From: Nemertoderma westbladi
Lineage: Eukaryota > Animalia > Xenacoelomorpha
NCBI GenBank assembly: GCA_032718475.1
Contig: JAUCBJ010008615.1
Coordinates: 1 to 50,690, forward strand
DNA: 50,690 bases
Direction: 5' to 3'
In this document: positions 1-11,872 of the stretch, one piece after another
Layout of the letters: each line of letters begins with the position of its first letter
Numbering within the stretch: position 1 is the stretch's first letter
Notes under the pieces: generated by a model
Databases searched by the model: none
The model's input: only the letters and a program-made list of their open reading frames with translations
Told to the model about the DNA's origin: nothing
Translations under genes and position numbers: made by a program

Positions 1-62
1 ATATTCTAGACATAAATTCGAACATAAATGTACATTTCCTGATTTCTCAGTAAATACGCTTA

Positions 63-432
63 AGCACCACTTTCGTTAGCAAAAGTTGTATAAAAATTCT
101 CAAAAGTTATATATAAAATTTCCAAAAGTTATATTAAAAGCCATATAAAAATTGCCAAAAGTTATATAAAAATTCCTAAAAGTTATATAAAAATTTCCAA
201 AATCTATATAAAAGTTTAAGAAGTTTACATGTTATAGGCCGACTATTATTATGTGTTCTAGAATATTTTCTTGGCATTCTATAAAACTTTTATTAATTTT
301 TATATAACTTTTATGAATGTTATATAATTTGAGGAATTTTTATATAACTTTGGGAATTTTAATATAGCTTTTAACACAACTTTTGAAAATTTGTTAAATT
401 ATTATAAAACTTTTGCTAACGAAAATGGTGCT
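63..432. mobile_element. PIF/Harbinger-like MITE (foldback, AT-rich internal ~21-bp repeats)
   Basis: Terminal inverted repeats agcaccactttcgttagcaaaagtt / aacttttgctaacgaaaatggtgct, flanked by TTA on both sides (60-62, 433-435); internal aaaagttatataaaaatt units switch orientation near the middle. A TWA TSD is typical of PIF/Harbinger. Confidence 0.7.
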
Positions 433-1220
433 TTATAGCCATAAATTTAGCAGCTATAATTTACCAGATATAACTTTTGGCGATTAATCATGTCACTCAA
501 CTCAAACAGCAGTCATGATGTATTTTACGATCTACACAAATGCAATGTAAACGTGGTGTGCCCACCAGAGATCCGAAACCAGGTTTCGAGATGAAGAAAA
601 ACAGATTTCGAAATCTGACAAGGCCGTGGGAAACGGAACCGAAATGGTCGCCGAGCGTATTCAGAAAATACTTTGAGACCATCGAGGAAGATCAGCTGAA
701 GTGTCAACTGGAGGAAGATCCTCCTTCTACTGAAAATATAAGGCGATCTTCTATTGGTATGTCTTGGTGCCCAACACTTTCTTTTACAATAATTGTTAAA
801 TATTCACTGAGAATCTATTTTTTACTAGCTACTTTTTTCTAGCTACTCTCATAATAAAAGTATTTGTTATGGAACATTCTAGAACTTAAATAAGATATAT
901 AAATAAATATATAATTTACATATATAATATACATTTGGTGTTAGCCCTTTTGTTTACTTTAGGGTGCCTGTCACCATTTGTTTTAGATTTGCTTTCTATT
1001 TTTACTATTTTTTCTCTTTCTTTATAAATTATTCTATGTCGTGGTGGAAAATCGTCACAACAAACATTTTAAGTATTTTGATTACATCACTGTAATTAAT
1101 ATTCCTATGATCATTTATGATCAATTCGAGCTAAAACCTGGCAGATTGATTAAATGATTAAATGTTAGCGAAATAAAATAAAACTATTATCCGAAAACTG
1201 TCGATAAAAAACAAAATAAA

Positions 1221-2450
1221 ATGATAAAAAAAGTACAAATTGGGCACCAAGGCCGACCAGAACTCTGTAAAAAACGGCGTATAATTTTTGGACTTATTGT
1301 ATTTGTGTTGGTGGCGATTGCAGCTGGTGTAACAGGGTGGCTTCTGGGAAATCCTAACAAGGAGAATAGATTGGGGATACCAACATCGACAGTCCCAAAT
1401 ACTACCGGCAATGGAACTACTGGTTGGGAAGGCAACACTGCGAGTACAACTACCGGGAGTACAACTAGTACTGAGTTATCGACCACCGAGAGTACAGCTA
1501 GTAGTGAGTTATCGACCACCGAGAGTACAGCTAGTACTGAGTTATCCACCACCGAGAGTACAACTAGTACTGAGTTATCCACCACCGAGAATACTACAGC
1601 TAGTAGTGGGTTACCCTACACCGAGAGTACAGCTAGTACTGAGTTATCCACCACCGAGAGTACAACTAGTACTGAGTTATCCACCACCGAGAGTACAGCT
1701 AGTACTGAGTTATCCACCACCGAGAGTACAGCTAGTACTGAGTTATCCACCACCGAGAGTACAACTAGTACTGAGTTATCGACCACCGAGAATACTACTG
1801 TCTCTACATCAGTCACTTCAACAACAATCTCCATAGAGGACAAGTTTTATCACTCGTTTATTGCATGCATTGAGCGACAATGTGATTCCTACGCTCATTC
1901 TGATATATGCAATAAAGCTACACAATCCGAGACCCAATATACCGTCGGTAACGCTGCTCCCATTATGACACTAACTACCGACGGCAGTCAACTAAGATGC
2001 GATGGAGGTTGGCTCATATTTTATAGACGCATCGCCAACAGTAAGATGGACTTTTGGAGTGATAAAGCTGAAGAACAATACGGAACGGGATTCGGAGACC
2101 CCAAGGGATCTTACTTTCTAGGCGTGGTTAATATCTACGATCTGACACTCAGGAACTATTGTTTCCTGAAGGTCGACTTCGGTAATTCGACGATAACCTA
2201 CGACAACTTTGCTGTGGCATGGGAAAATCCTTATAGGCTAAAGTTGTCAAATTATACCCATTCACGTACTACTACCGGGGTATTTGCTGGAGGAACCTAC
2301 GATCTCTCGAGCCTGAATAACATGGAGTTTAAGGGGAAATGGTGGACTACCGGTGGAAATCCTAAAGGGAAATGGTGGGCTGGATGGAAACCTGTGAAAG
2401 ATATATTAGAGATGAAACTGAAATGTGTAAAGAAACAAACTATACTGTAG
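1221..2450 (+). CDS. Type II membrane protein: basic N-tail, signal-anchor TM, Ser/Thr mucin-like stalk, C-terminal fibrinogen-related (FReD/FBG-like) domain
   Basis: 409-aa ORF with an in-frame TAA upstream at 1179; KKRR followed by hydrophobic IIFGLIVFVLVAIAAGVTGWLL; (ASTELSTTEST)n stalk; FReD hallmarks CDGGWLIFYRR, DFW, YGTGFGDPKGSYFLG, YDNFAV, GKWW, LEMKL. Confidence 0.8.
   Translation: MIKKVQIGHQGRPELCKKRRIIFGLIVFVLVAIAAGVTGWLLGNPNKENRLGIPTSTVPNTTGNGTTGWEGNTASTTTGSTTSTELSTTESTASSELSTTESTASTELSTTESTTSTELSTTENTTASSGLPYTESTASTELSTTESTTSTELSTTESTASTELSTTESTASTELSTTESTTSTELSTTENTTVSTSVTSTTISIEDKFYHSFIACIERQCDSYAHSDICNKATQSETQYTVGNAAPIMTLTTDGSQLRCDGGWLIFYRRIANSKMDFWSDKAEEQYGTGFGDPKGSYFLGVVNIYDLTLRNYCFLKVDFGNSTITYDNFAVAWENPYRLKLSNYTHSRTTTGVFAGGTYDLSSLNNMEFKGKWWTTGGNPKGKWWAGWKPVKDILEMKLKCVKKQTIL
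1463..1800 (+). repeat. 33-bp coding minisatellite (gctagtactgagttatccaccaccgagagtaca), about 10 copies
   Basis: Tandem 33-nt units encoding the 11-aa mucin repeat; explains the overlapping shadow ORFs. Confidence 0.9.
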
Positions 2451-2954
2451 GCCGTAGTATTAGAAAACGTATTGGGTTTGTGTAACAATCCAAATTAATA
2501 TACAACAAAACCTGTAATAATAAGCAACAGTAAAAGAACCGGTCAACCGGTTCACAACCTTATTTTGCCTACTGAATATTATGCCCTCCCCCCCTCCCCC
2601 CCCGCCCCCCCCCCCCCCCCCCTCCTCCTCCCTAAAATTCCGCTGGTGTATTATGACCCCTGGGACGAAATACGCAAGCAAAATAGTCCTAGAGAGGCGG
2701 ATTTTCTCTAACCAAAACAATAAATAATATTGTTACCAATTGAGGAAAAAGAACACAAACAGCAGAGCAGCGGGAAAGTAAAGATATAGGGGACCATTAC
2801 TGCGAGCAACGGACAATATCTGCTAACCCCCTGATAATTATAGTAGGCCTATACGAGCGGCTCTATTGAAATAATAGTTAACAAGAAGTATAAGTTTTTT
2901 TTCAGAATCATATTCTCAATAATTTTAGAAAAATATTGTATTTTATTTATTTGT

Positions 2955-3590
2955 ATGGAATTAATTTCGCACTATCAAATCGCCAGGGCGACATATTTTC
3001 TAACTTTACATCGCAGTGCGACATATTTTCTAACTTTACATCACAGTGCGACATATTTTCTAACTTTACATCGCAGTGCGACATATTGCGAGACCCAATA
3101 TACCGTCGATGGAGCTGCTCCCATTACGATTCTATCCACCTCCAAGAATCAACTAAGATGCGAAGGAGGCTGGATTATATTCTATAGTCGCATCGATAAC
3201 GACATTGGCATGTGGGAAGACGTTACTTCTCATAAGTACAATGGATTCGGAGATCCCAAGGGATCTTACTTCCTAGGAGTGTATAACATCTATCGGCTGA
3301 CAGACGGGAAGGATTGTTACGTAAAGGTCGACTTGGGTAACTCGACGAGAGTCTACAGCGACTTTACTGTGGGGTATCTTCATTTTAAGCTAAAGATAGC
3401 AAATTATACCAATCCACGTACTGCTGGGACCGCTTCTACCGGTGTATTGGATAGAGGAGAATACGATCTAACGGTCCTGGATAACAAGGAGTTTAACGAC
3501 AGTAATGGATGGTGGAGTGGTGGAACTCATCCAAAGGATTGGAAACTGCAGGGGAAAACATTAGAGATGAAACTTAAATGCAAGCCGTAA
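2955..3590 (+). CDS. Second FReD domain (tandem paralog, exon or pseudogene; no signal peptide or TM in this ORF)
   Basis: ETQYTVDGAAPI...QLRCEGGWIIFYSR...GFGDPKGSYFLGV...KVDLGNS...GWW...LEMKLKC aligns co-linearly with the C-terminal half of 1221-2450; AATAAA at about 3617. Confidence 0.65.
   Translation: MELISHYQIARATYFLTLHRSATYFLTLHHSATYFLTLHRSATYCETQYTVDGAAPITILSTSKNQLRCEGGWIIFYSRIDNDIGMWEDVTSHKYNGFGDPKGSYFLGVYNIYRLTDGKDCYVKVDLGNSTRVYSDFTVGYLHFKLKIANYTNPRTAGTASTGVLDRGEYDLTVLDNKEFNDSNGWWSGGTHPKDWKLQGKTLEMKLKCKP
2988..3088 (+). repeat. 30-bp tandem repeat x3 (gcgacatattttctaactttacatcgcagt)
   Basis: Three direct copies plus a partial fourth. Confidence 0.9.
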
Positions 3591-4111
3591 CGAACCTAAA
3601 GAGTTCAAGTTCCAGAAATAAACAAACTGTACCGTAGCCCGTAGCAGTAGGTGTTACTGTAACAAACTAATATAATATTCAACAAATAGTAAGTAACAAT
3701 AATAGAAACAGAAATAGTTCGACCAACATGTTTTAATAATATCCTCTGAGTTACAATAAACAAATGAACGGCAACGGCATTTTTTACTTTTTTTTTAATT
3801 TATCTTAATTAAGTGTTTCATATCGTTTATTTCTGTCTTGTATATATACTAATTCGTTTATTGTTTTGGTTAGATTCGGCCCTTTTGTAACCTGTTTTTT
3901 TGGACCTTGTTTGCAACTGGTCAAATGTGCATAGCAACGAATATGCATAGCAACGAATGTGCATAGCAACAAGTTAATAATGGTCACAGAAACTTCGAAC
4001 TAATGCCTGCACCCAATATATTGATAATGTCGAACAATATACAGTAATTTTCAAAACAATGTTATTGTTATGTTATGTTATGATGCTTGTTGATTGTCCT
4101 GATTCCGGAAG

Positions 4112-4490
4112 CCACTACTACTACTATAATTGACCTGCTGCATTGAAGCTGTACATTGAGATGCTATCTATGCATATGCAGGCTTAACAGGCTTAAAAAA
4201 TAAAATATTTTACCACCACTACGCAATCCACAATTGGCATGACCAATGCAGCATGCATTAAGAATGTTATGCTGGCTTATCAACAAAATTGCAGCTTTGC
4301 TCAAGTGTCAAGAGCGGCTTTGTTCAAGATTGGGGGGAACTAATGAACACCTGGAATGTTTATTGTACTTGACCTAAATCGGGTCAGGTATTCTAGGTCA
4401 TTGATCAAGAAAACTTGCCCCCTCCATGCAGCATAATGGAGGTGCCACATGTGGCTGCATAGACCCTCTTACTAAGGGCAAATCTGGTCC
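4112..4490 (-). mobile_element. Decayed 3' fragment of an RTE-like LINE
   Basis: (CTA)n tract at about 4113-4127 is a reversed (TAG)n tail; gcagcatgcattaagaatg...gctggcttatcaacaaaattgca and gttcaagattggggggaac resemble the reverse complement of the 3' end of the 30819-32692 LINE. Confidence 0.55.
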
Positions 4491-5186
4491 TGTAACCACG
4501 ACCCTCTTCGTTCTGGGATAGGGACGGCTTATTTGTCGTTTTTGTGCAATTCGCGAACTACTCTAAAAAGGCCAGCATTATTTCAAATTATTGAAGAATG
4601 TACATATAGACTTATGCCCTCTAGTGTCTGTTTTGCTACAGAGCTATAATCATGAAATTAGCCAGCTGTTTCTTTATGCATAGAGCCTATGTTATATTTC
4701 GGCAAATCAGCACGATTTTCGTTTTACTGGCCTTGTTCACATATGTAGATGTCGCAATACGGCAAATCCTTCATTCTGACATTCTAAATTTGCCCGAGAC
4801 CATATACCTATATATGACCTTATATGAGTAGTAACAGTCGGCAAATTAACGTGTTTCAGTACTATAAACCGTGATGTTCCATAACCCTCCGTTGTAATTA
4901 GTATAAGTCATAACTCTGTGTGGTATTTAGAGCACAGCATCTAGAGGAACTGCTGGTATTGCCCTGAAAATAAACATAGTTTTTGGAGAGTATATAGTAG
5001 AGATCAATCGAATAATACAAAGTAGCCTACCCCCCTCTCGGCCATAGAATTCAGTCTCCCACACACGGTGGGTCATAAGCCGTTCTAGACTGGCTTCTAC
5101 TGTGGTCATATTTTGTGCGGGCTGTCAGACAGCATAATACACGTAAATTAACAGGTTAAACTGTTAAAGGTCTAAAAGCGCGAACA
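4491..5186 (+). repeat. Diverged 5' LTR of the old Bel/Pao copy
   Basis: Ends ...gcgcgaaca like the young LTR (...gcgcaaaca); conserved blocks gaattcagtctccc, tagactggcttc, cataactctg...tatttagagc. Start uncertain. Confidence 0.6.
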
Positions 5187-6585
5187 ATAATATATTTTTA
5201 ACCGGTAACACTCTAGCTAAGAACATTATTCCATTTTTTATTTTTATTGTTCCACAGGGACAATAAAACCTTACTGTACTGGTCAGGCGGTAAATGTAGG
5301 CCTAGCGGTACTCTTCCAGTGGTTCTGTATAGCAATATTAATTCGATTGTGACATATTTATATACAGTAGGCTGTTGGGGAGATTTGGGATTGATCACCC
5401 CTTATTTCTTTTATGGTTTACATATTTCTGTCAGCTTTGTTTATCTGCAAGTGTGTTTCTAGTATTGAGCAGGTGTGTAATCCTGCTCAGATTGTAGAAG
5501 TAACTCGTAGGCTGAATTGTTGTCTGATTGTTGTTGGGTTTGAGGTGAATTGCAGTGTTGTGGGTTAATTGTCCATTGAATGCTTGTTAGGAAATGGGGG
5601 CTTCCCTGTTGTAAGGTAATTCCTCCTCCACTAAAGAATAAGTCGTACCACGTAGTCTGGAACGCGTACTAACTAATAATTTCGGAAACTTCATCTAATG
5701 TAGTTTATTTTGGATTTAGCAGTAGTCTGTCAGCATTTTGGCTTGTGTTTTATTTAAATAATCTGTACGGGTAGCGTAATATTTATTATTCAGAGTTTAT
5801 GCAAGTAATGTACAACATTCATGTCCCTAAGTTTATTCCTACAGTAATTGTGCTAGTTGTACATACCGTAATAGTTAAATTAACCCCAGTACTACTTCAG
5901 GACTGCTTGGCATAGGTCGACCGGTGATTTCTTTAGCATCGGATGAATAAGACTAAATACTCTGGTCAATCCGGCAGATGTTGAGTTTCTTTTAGCTGTT
6001 CAAGTATATTTAACTGCGAGTTATATGTTGTACAAGTGTTAGTATCTAATCTAGGGTTTAGAGTACAGCACTTTCCTGAAATGGAATTTAGTGTGTACGC
6101 AGTATTTTTGTGTTGTAAAGAGGTTAATACTGTAGGTCCGTTAGCGTAGGCTATGATAAGTAACTTCTAGGTATAGGACACTCCGGGTACGTTTGTTTAT
6201 AGTGTAGACTATAAGCCATCAGACGGTGGTATTTCCTTATCTAGACAACGCGAATTATTGAATGCTACTTTATTAAATTCAAAATTCCGTAGTAAACCCC
6301 CGTAAGAATCAGAAATTCGAAGTTCTGGTTAGTAACAATCCTGTAAAATTACCCTTAAAATTGTTCGTGTAACTTTTGTTTATTGTTTATTTGGAGATTG
6401 TGTAATCTCAACTCGTTGTATATACTTAAGTAATTTAGTAGTGATAAGTAATTTAGTCAGTAGAAAATATTTGTATTTAGCGTCTAATAACTCTAGGGTA
6501 TATATATCGTAAATCGTAATATTATCAATTCAATTTAATCAGATTTATAAGCTCGTAGTCCTGTTATATACCCATTAGGTCATTA

Positions 6586-7645
6586 GATCATCAGAGGTAA
6601 AATGCTTGAAATCCTAAGAGCTTATAGAATACCAGAAATAATTGTTGCTGGCATTGGATTGTTATATTGTGATACAGAAGCGCAGGTACTCTCACCAGAT
6701 GGTGAAACTGAGTTTTTCTCAATCCTGGCTGGTGTACTGCAAGGTGACACATTAGCACCATTACTATTTGTAATTGTGCTGGATTACGCAATTAGACCGG
6801 CCACAAAGGGTGAAGATCTGGGATTCACACTTCAAGAACGCAGAAGTTGTAGATATCCGGCAACTACAGTCACAGACACCGACTTTGCGGATGACATCGC
6901 CCTGCTCTCTAATACGCTAGCAGATGCACAGCTTCTACTATATAAAGTGGAGAGGGCTGCTAAGGAGGTTGGATTGCATATAAATGCTACCAAGACCGAA
7001 TTCACGACCTTCAATGTTGATGGAAACTTGACAACCATTGATAATAATCAACTAAGGAAGGTCGACGACTTCCAGTACCTTGGATCATGGATAGAGAGTA
7101 TCAAAAAGGACATAGAAGTTAGGAAAGCAAAGGCTTGGGTAGCTCTATCAAAAATGGATACCATCTAGAAATCAGATCTCTCCAGGCACCTGAAGACTAA
7201 GTTCTTTCAAGCCACAGTGGAAAGTGTATTTTTATACGGGGGTGAGACCGGGACACTGACTAAATCACTTGAACAACAAATTGATGGTTGCTACACAAGA
7301 CTACTAAGGGCAGCCCTAAACATCAACTGGAGACAACAACACATGACAAACGCCGAGCTTTATGGTACAATACCACCTGTATCAACCACCCTCCGTGAAT
7401 GCAGATTAAGATTTAGTGGGCACTGCTGGCGAAGTAAAGACGAGGTCATACCAGATCTACTTTTCTGGCAACCAACTCATGGAAAGCGTAGTCGTGGATG
7501 ACCAGCCATGACATATATAGATCAACTTGAAAGGGATACTGAACTTGGGAGAAAAGAAATTGCGACAACTATGGAGAATCGGGAAGCCTGGAAGGATCTC
7601 ATTTCCACTGTCCAAGTTCGCTCGACCTAGTAGTAGTAGTAGTAG
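6586..7645 (+). mobile_element. 5'-truncated RTE-like LINE (RT C-terminal half, disabled) with (TAG)n tail
   Basis: GVLQGDTLAPLLF, DFADDIALL, YLGSWI, RLRFSGHCWR; in-frame stops at about 7166 and 7499; tagtagtag tail; candidate TSD GTCATTA at 6579-6585 and 7645-7651. Confidence 0.85.
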
Positions 7646-8146
7646 TCATTATAATGCTGAGCCTATTGCTTAACTTCAGCAATATAGAAAAGGAAATAAT
7701 TCCTATAATCTGATGTAATCAGTCATCATTTAATTATTGGTAATACCGGTATCTACAGTAAGCTTATTATAAATTTATATAATTTAGGCTGGACACATAC
7801 TGACATATACCGGTACTCAGTGATTAATATCGGTCTGCTGTAATACTGTTATATTTACTATATATAGTGTATACCGGTATTTAATAATTGTTATCTAACT
7901 ATATCATATAGAGTAGCAATATTTAGTAACTATAGGACTGACAGTTGATACTGATTAATATTAGACTTACTGTTAACTGTTGTGATAGTAATAGGCATAT
8001 AGCTGCGATCTTAAATTATGTCTGATCCTAAACATATACAATACACCATGTCCCAGAATATAGTGTTATAATTCAGTGACACGGCCCCCCTAATTTTTCT
8101 ACAAATCTTAATAAGATTGCATGAAATTTGAAACAGAGATAGTTTC

Positions 8147-8546
8147 TGGGATCGGCATGCTGCATTGCAGCTGCATTTTTAAGTATGCTGTGCCGGCTTA
8201 TCGACAAAATTGCACCGCCATAACTCCCTATCACCCATGACATTTGCTAGATCATCCGCATCTTCAAGGCCAGTGTCCTTTAAGATGCGTCTCAAGAAAG
8301 TCATGGGCTGTCCACCATGCTTATTCACTCCATGAGGCTGCCAAAGTACAAGATTATGCACTGGCTGGTCCTCACGGCGAAAGCAATGTCCTGCAAAGCG
8401 GAGGCGATTTTGTTCTAGTGTCAAGCTTGGGGGAACCAATGAGACACCTCCAATGTTATATAGTGTCTGGTTGGAGATGTGTGCATTGAACTTGACACAA
8501 TGAACCCGGCGTAGCATTCTTGTGATTCTTGGTGTCCTCAGCAGTT
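8147..8546 (-). mobile_element. Short 3' fragment of the same RTE-like family as 30819-32692, inserted in the left TIR
   Basis: Near-identical to the reverse complement of about 32263-32677; 12-bp TSD agagatagtttc at 8135-8146 and 8547-8558. Confidence 0.9.
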
Positions 8547-8938
8547 AGAGATAGTTTCAACTCCCAACCACTGACTGGGTGAGCCAGAATTTCTATTTTT
8601 GCTTTCGATCTTTAGCTACAAGAGTTTAAAAAAAGTGTCTCCGGCAATATTACAACAATCCCACCGCAGTTATTCTTCTACCTTATAGCTGTTTGTTGGT
8701 ACCAATGGAAAGCTGGCCCTGCAAGGATTCAAAATATGTAACACAATTTGAATTTCATTGAAAAATAGCTGAGTTATGGGCGATCAAATATTGCATGGTT
8801 TGGCAGCTGCGCGAGGCTATTTTATTCTATTTAATAAATGCATCATAATCTGGAATTTTTTGTTTATCCAAATACGTAGCTGGGCAACAGTGTATTACAT
8901 CTTTAATCATATTATTACGTAGCTATTCATACATTTAA

Positions 8939-9722
8939 GGGGGGGGGGGTTCCCCCTCAGGAGAGTTTTTTTTAAACAGCTCAAACTTCGTGTTGCTAAA
9001 AACACTACTAGTCCCTTAATATTTATCGAATTTTTTTGAAACCAACTTTTTTGGACTCAGCACCATCGTTTCTACAAAAATTATCCAGCCGATTTTTTAA
9101 ATTATTTATTTTTAAGTAAATTAATTAAATTTATTAATTAAAATTAATAAAATTAATTAAAATTTTCAATAATATTAAAAAAAAAATTTTTCAAAAAAGT
9201 GCTGGATAATTTTCAAGATGTTCAAAAAACCTTTCAAACGAGCCATATATTATCGAATTTGGGTGAAAAACGTCGGAGGAGTAGTATTTTGAAAAGTGGA
9301 AATATCGTGAAATGTAATTCCGAGATAATTTTCTTTAAAATTTGAACCTTCCCGCTCAAACCTGACTGTCTGTAGTCTGTTAATCGGTCAGTAATGTTTG
9401 ACAGGACACTATGGCTTCATACCAACTCACTAAAATTATCAATATGGGGGTTTTCGGGGTCTTTGATTTCATTTCTGATGTCAGTTTTAATATTTGGTGG
9501 CATCTAATATGTCTGTCTGACAGCATGTCTGTCTGTCTGTCTTCTAAATTTTGACGGACAAATTGATAGACGGAAAGACAGCGATAACTCGAGAACTAAA
9601 AGTGATCTCGCTAAACTGTTTCAAGATTTGAACTCCCCATTCAATTCTGCATCAGATGAAATAGAAAACCAAAAATGTGAAAATATTACCCAAGGAGGGG
9701 GTACCCCCCCCCACCCCCCCCC
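8939..9722. mobile_element. TTAA-flanked non-autonomous DNA element (Kolobok-like)
   Basis: TTAA at 8935-8938 and 9723-9726; termini (g)n-ttccccctc / gagggggta-(c)n are inverted repeats. TTAA TSD with RR termini is characteristic of Kolobok. Confidence 0.6.
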
Positions 9723-11872
9723 TTAATAAATGTTTCAGAATATGGTTTAGTTATGAAATAGAATGAAATAGCCTCGCGCCAGTGCAAAACCATGCAACAT
9801 TTGAACGCTCATATCTCAGCTATTTTTCAACGAAATTCAAATTGTGTTACATATTTGGATTCCTTGCAAGACCAGCTTTCCATTGGTACCAACAGCTATA
9901 AGGTAGAATAATAACTGCTGTGGGATTGGTGTAATATTGCAGGAGACACTTTTTTTAAACGCTTGTAGCTAAAGATTGAAAGCAAAAATAAAACTTCTGG
10001 CTCACCCAGTCAGTGGTTGGAAGGTGAAACTATCTCTGTTTCAAATTTCATGCAATCTCATTAAGATTTGTAGAAAAATTAGGGGGGGGGGGGGGGGGGG
10101 GTGTCACTGAATTACGACACTATATGGTGTACTGTCAGATAGCATCTTAGAACAGACAGTCTGTGAGCGAGATAGCGGTCTAGAAAGGACCCGAGCGAGG
10201 TCTGAGAATGGAATAGAATATGAAATGAGATCAGGCTATGGCTGCGGAACAACAACATCGAACGGACAGGGACCCCACATCAATCCAGTAATCATAGCTC
10301 CAACACTGAGGAATTAACACCTTCCGAGGCTGGTCCCAGAATGGGAGAAGTTGTCTACTCTAATTCACTCTTTACTTTTCCTGGGGGAATGCTCACTCGA
10401 GTTCTTCAAGCTATAGAGGAACATCTGGCAGATTGGATACATAATAAACGATCGACAAGGGAGAGTTACGCCGGGTACCCGCTCGGAGAATTAGAGTCCA
10501 TACCTTTCAACTTTTCGGAAGTTTCCTGTGAAGACCTACATCAGCTGGACGTGGTTAGAGATACCCGAGATCCCGCTATATGGAAGAGGTCAGCAGCTGG
10601 GTATGTCCAGGGATTCTTTAACTCCTTAGGGCGACTGGAAACTTAGCTATTCAGAGGACAGTTAGAACCTCAGGCACAGGGACAACTTCTGTATCAAGTG
10701 AGGGAGTGGATACTAAGGATTAGATTAATACTGTCAGCATTCGAAGAAGCCTCGAAGAGAAGTCAAGATACATCTCTGCAGGTTGCGGTGAAAACCTGGT
10801 TTCAACAAGTGGGCAATAAAGTTCAGGGAACGACCACTTGGAAAGCTCAGTTAGCAGATCAACTCGTTTAGGGGAATCCACTGATACTGTTCTTTCTTAT
10901 GGAGAAGGCGAGGCAGCACCCGAAGAAAAACAACCTAAGAGAGACACGATCGATATTTATTTGTTGGACTACCAGGGATTTATAGGACATCAGGAGTTAA
11001 GGAGACGTCTAGCAGGGCTACAGCCACGTAGTGAGGCAGCCAGTTACATCCTAGACGCATTAAGTGCTGAAATGCAAGCGGCCAAGCAGGCTAAAGAGGA
11101 CAGGGGAGCTCTCATAGCCTTAGAAAATGCTAGAGAAGTAAAGCGCAGATTAATAGACGCGAAAGCGGAAAGAGAGGCTGCAGCAGCAGAAGCGGAAAGA
11201 AAGGCTGCTGCAGCAGAAGCGAAAAGCGAAGCTGCACCAGCTGAAGCAGAGATGAAAAGGAAGACTGTAGCATTAGCCCAACCAGAATTAGAGACAATCT
11301 AAACCCGACAGGAACTACTACGGAAACAAAGAGAAATGGTTCAGACACAACTCAGAAAGCAATCAACTCCTAAAAGACACCGATTTATTACCTCCTCAGA
11401 TGAAGGTATGATGACAGAATTAGAATGTAGGAGTTAGAAATCAAATTCAAATGGACGTAGACGAGCTCCCATAGGATGCAAGTTACCCAACTTGCCCCCT
11501 CCGGTGAGAAGAGAATTGGCTAGCACAGATCTAAAGTCTGGCGAGTTAATAACCCAGGTAGTTGAATCTCATAGGCTTCCCACTATTCTAGATGAGCCTG
11601 AAATAATTAGGCCGGTTAAAGTCTACTCCATTAGTGGAGACTCCTTTACTGATCGAACCCGATTCTAGATTCCCTTTAGAAAGTACCAATACTCCCTTAA
11701 CAAGTAGCCAAATCCCAGTATCCCAGATTGGCGGTGAGCCCGGAGAACGTAAATTGTTCAGGCAAGGATTGTCCCCCGTCACCCCGATGGGCCATCAGGC
11801 CACTCCGTTGGCAGCTCCCGCACAAGCGGTGGAGTGGATGAGCGGTGGAGCGGTGGAGCGTATAATTAATTA

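Larger units (their letters stand above)
8044..10129. mobile_element. Non-autonomous DNA transposon with long (~370 bp) TIRs and TA flanks (Tc1/mariner-like)
   Basis: caccat...tatagtgt...attcagtgacac...ctaatttttctacaaatcttaat is mirrored at 9760-10129; TA on both sides (8042-43, 10130-31). A related fragment lies at about 33263-33350. Confidence 0.75.
4491..11850 (+). mobile_element. Old, 3'-truncated relative of the Bel/Pao element at 15369-29515 (5' LTR, leader, gag remnant), with nested insertions
   Basis: 4900-5186 matches the reverse complement of the LTR of the large element (e.g. caggttaaactgt.aaaggtct..aaaagcgc.aaca); 5370-6560 matches its leader; the gag remnant is homologous. The left boundary (TGTAA at 4491) is tentative. 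Confidence 0.75.
8018..11850 (+). pseudogene. gag: Bel/Pao gag N-terminal region pseudogene, split after codon ~7 by a DNA transposon
   Basis: ATG at 8018 (MSDPKHI) resumes after 10131 as LSDSILEQTVCERDSG, compared with MSDTKQNLSDSLLDVTICDSDRG in the 1653-aa ORF; shared DPAIWKRSAAGYVQGFF, IDIYLLDYQ, AAAEA repeats and AVEWM; many stops. Confidence 0.85.

Noticed and set aside
540-842. 100-aa ORF with a BED-finger-like SVFRKYF...KCQL stretch and a gtatgt donor at about 757
   Set aside because: The second Cys and the His ligands are missing, and no compatible downstream exon was found (in-frame stop at 1179 upstream of the FReD gene).
1187-1843. Antisense and shifted ORFs (VVDNSVL, PPPRVQLVLSY)
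   Set aside because: Shadows of the 33-bp coding repeat.
2586-2632. Poly-Gly ORF from a poly-C tract (similar G/C runs at 10082 and 49570)
   Set aside because: Homopolymer runs with no coding evidence.
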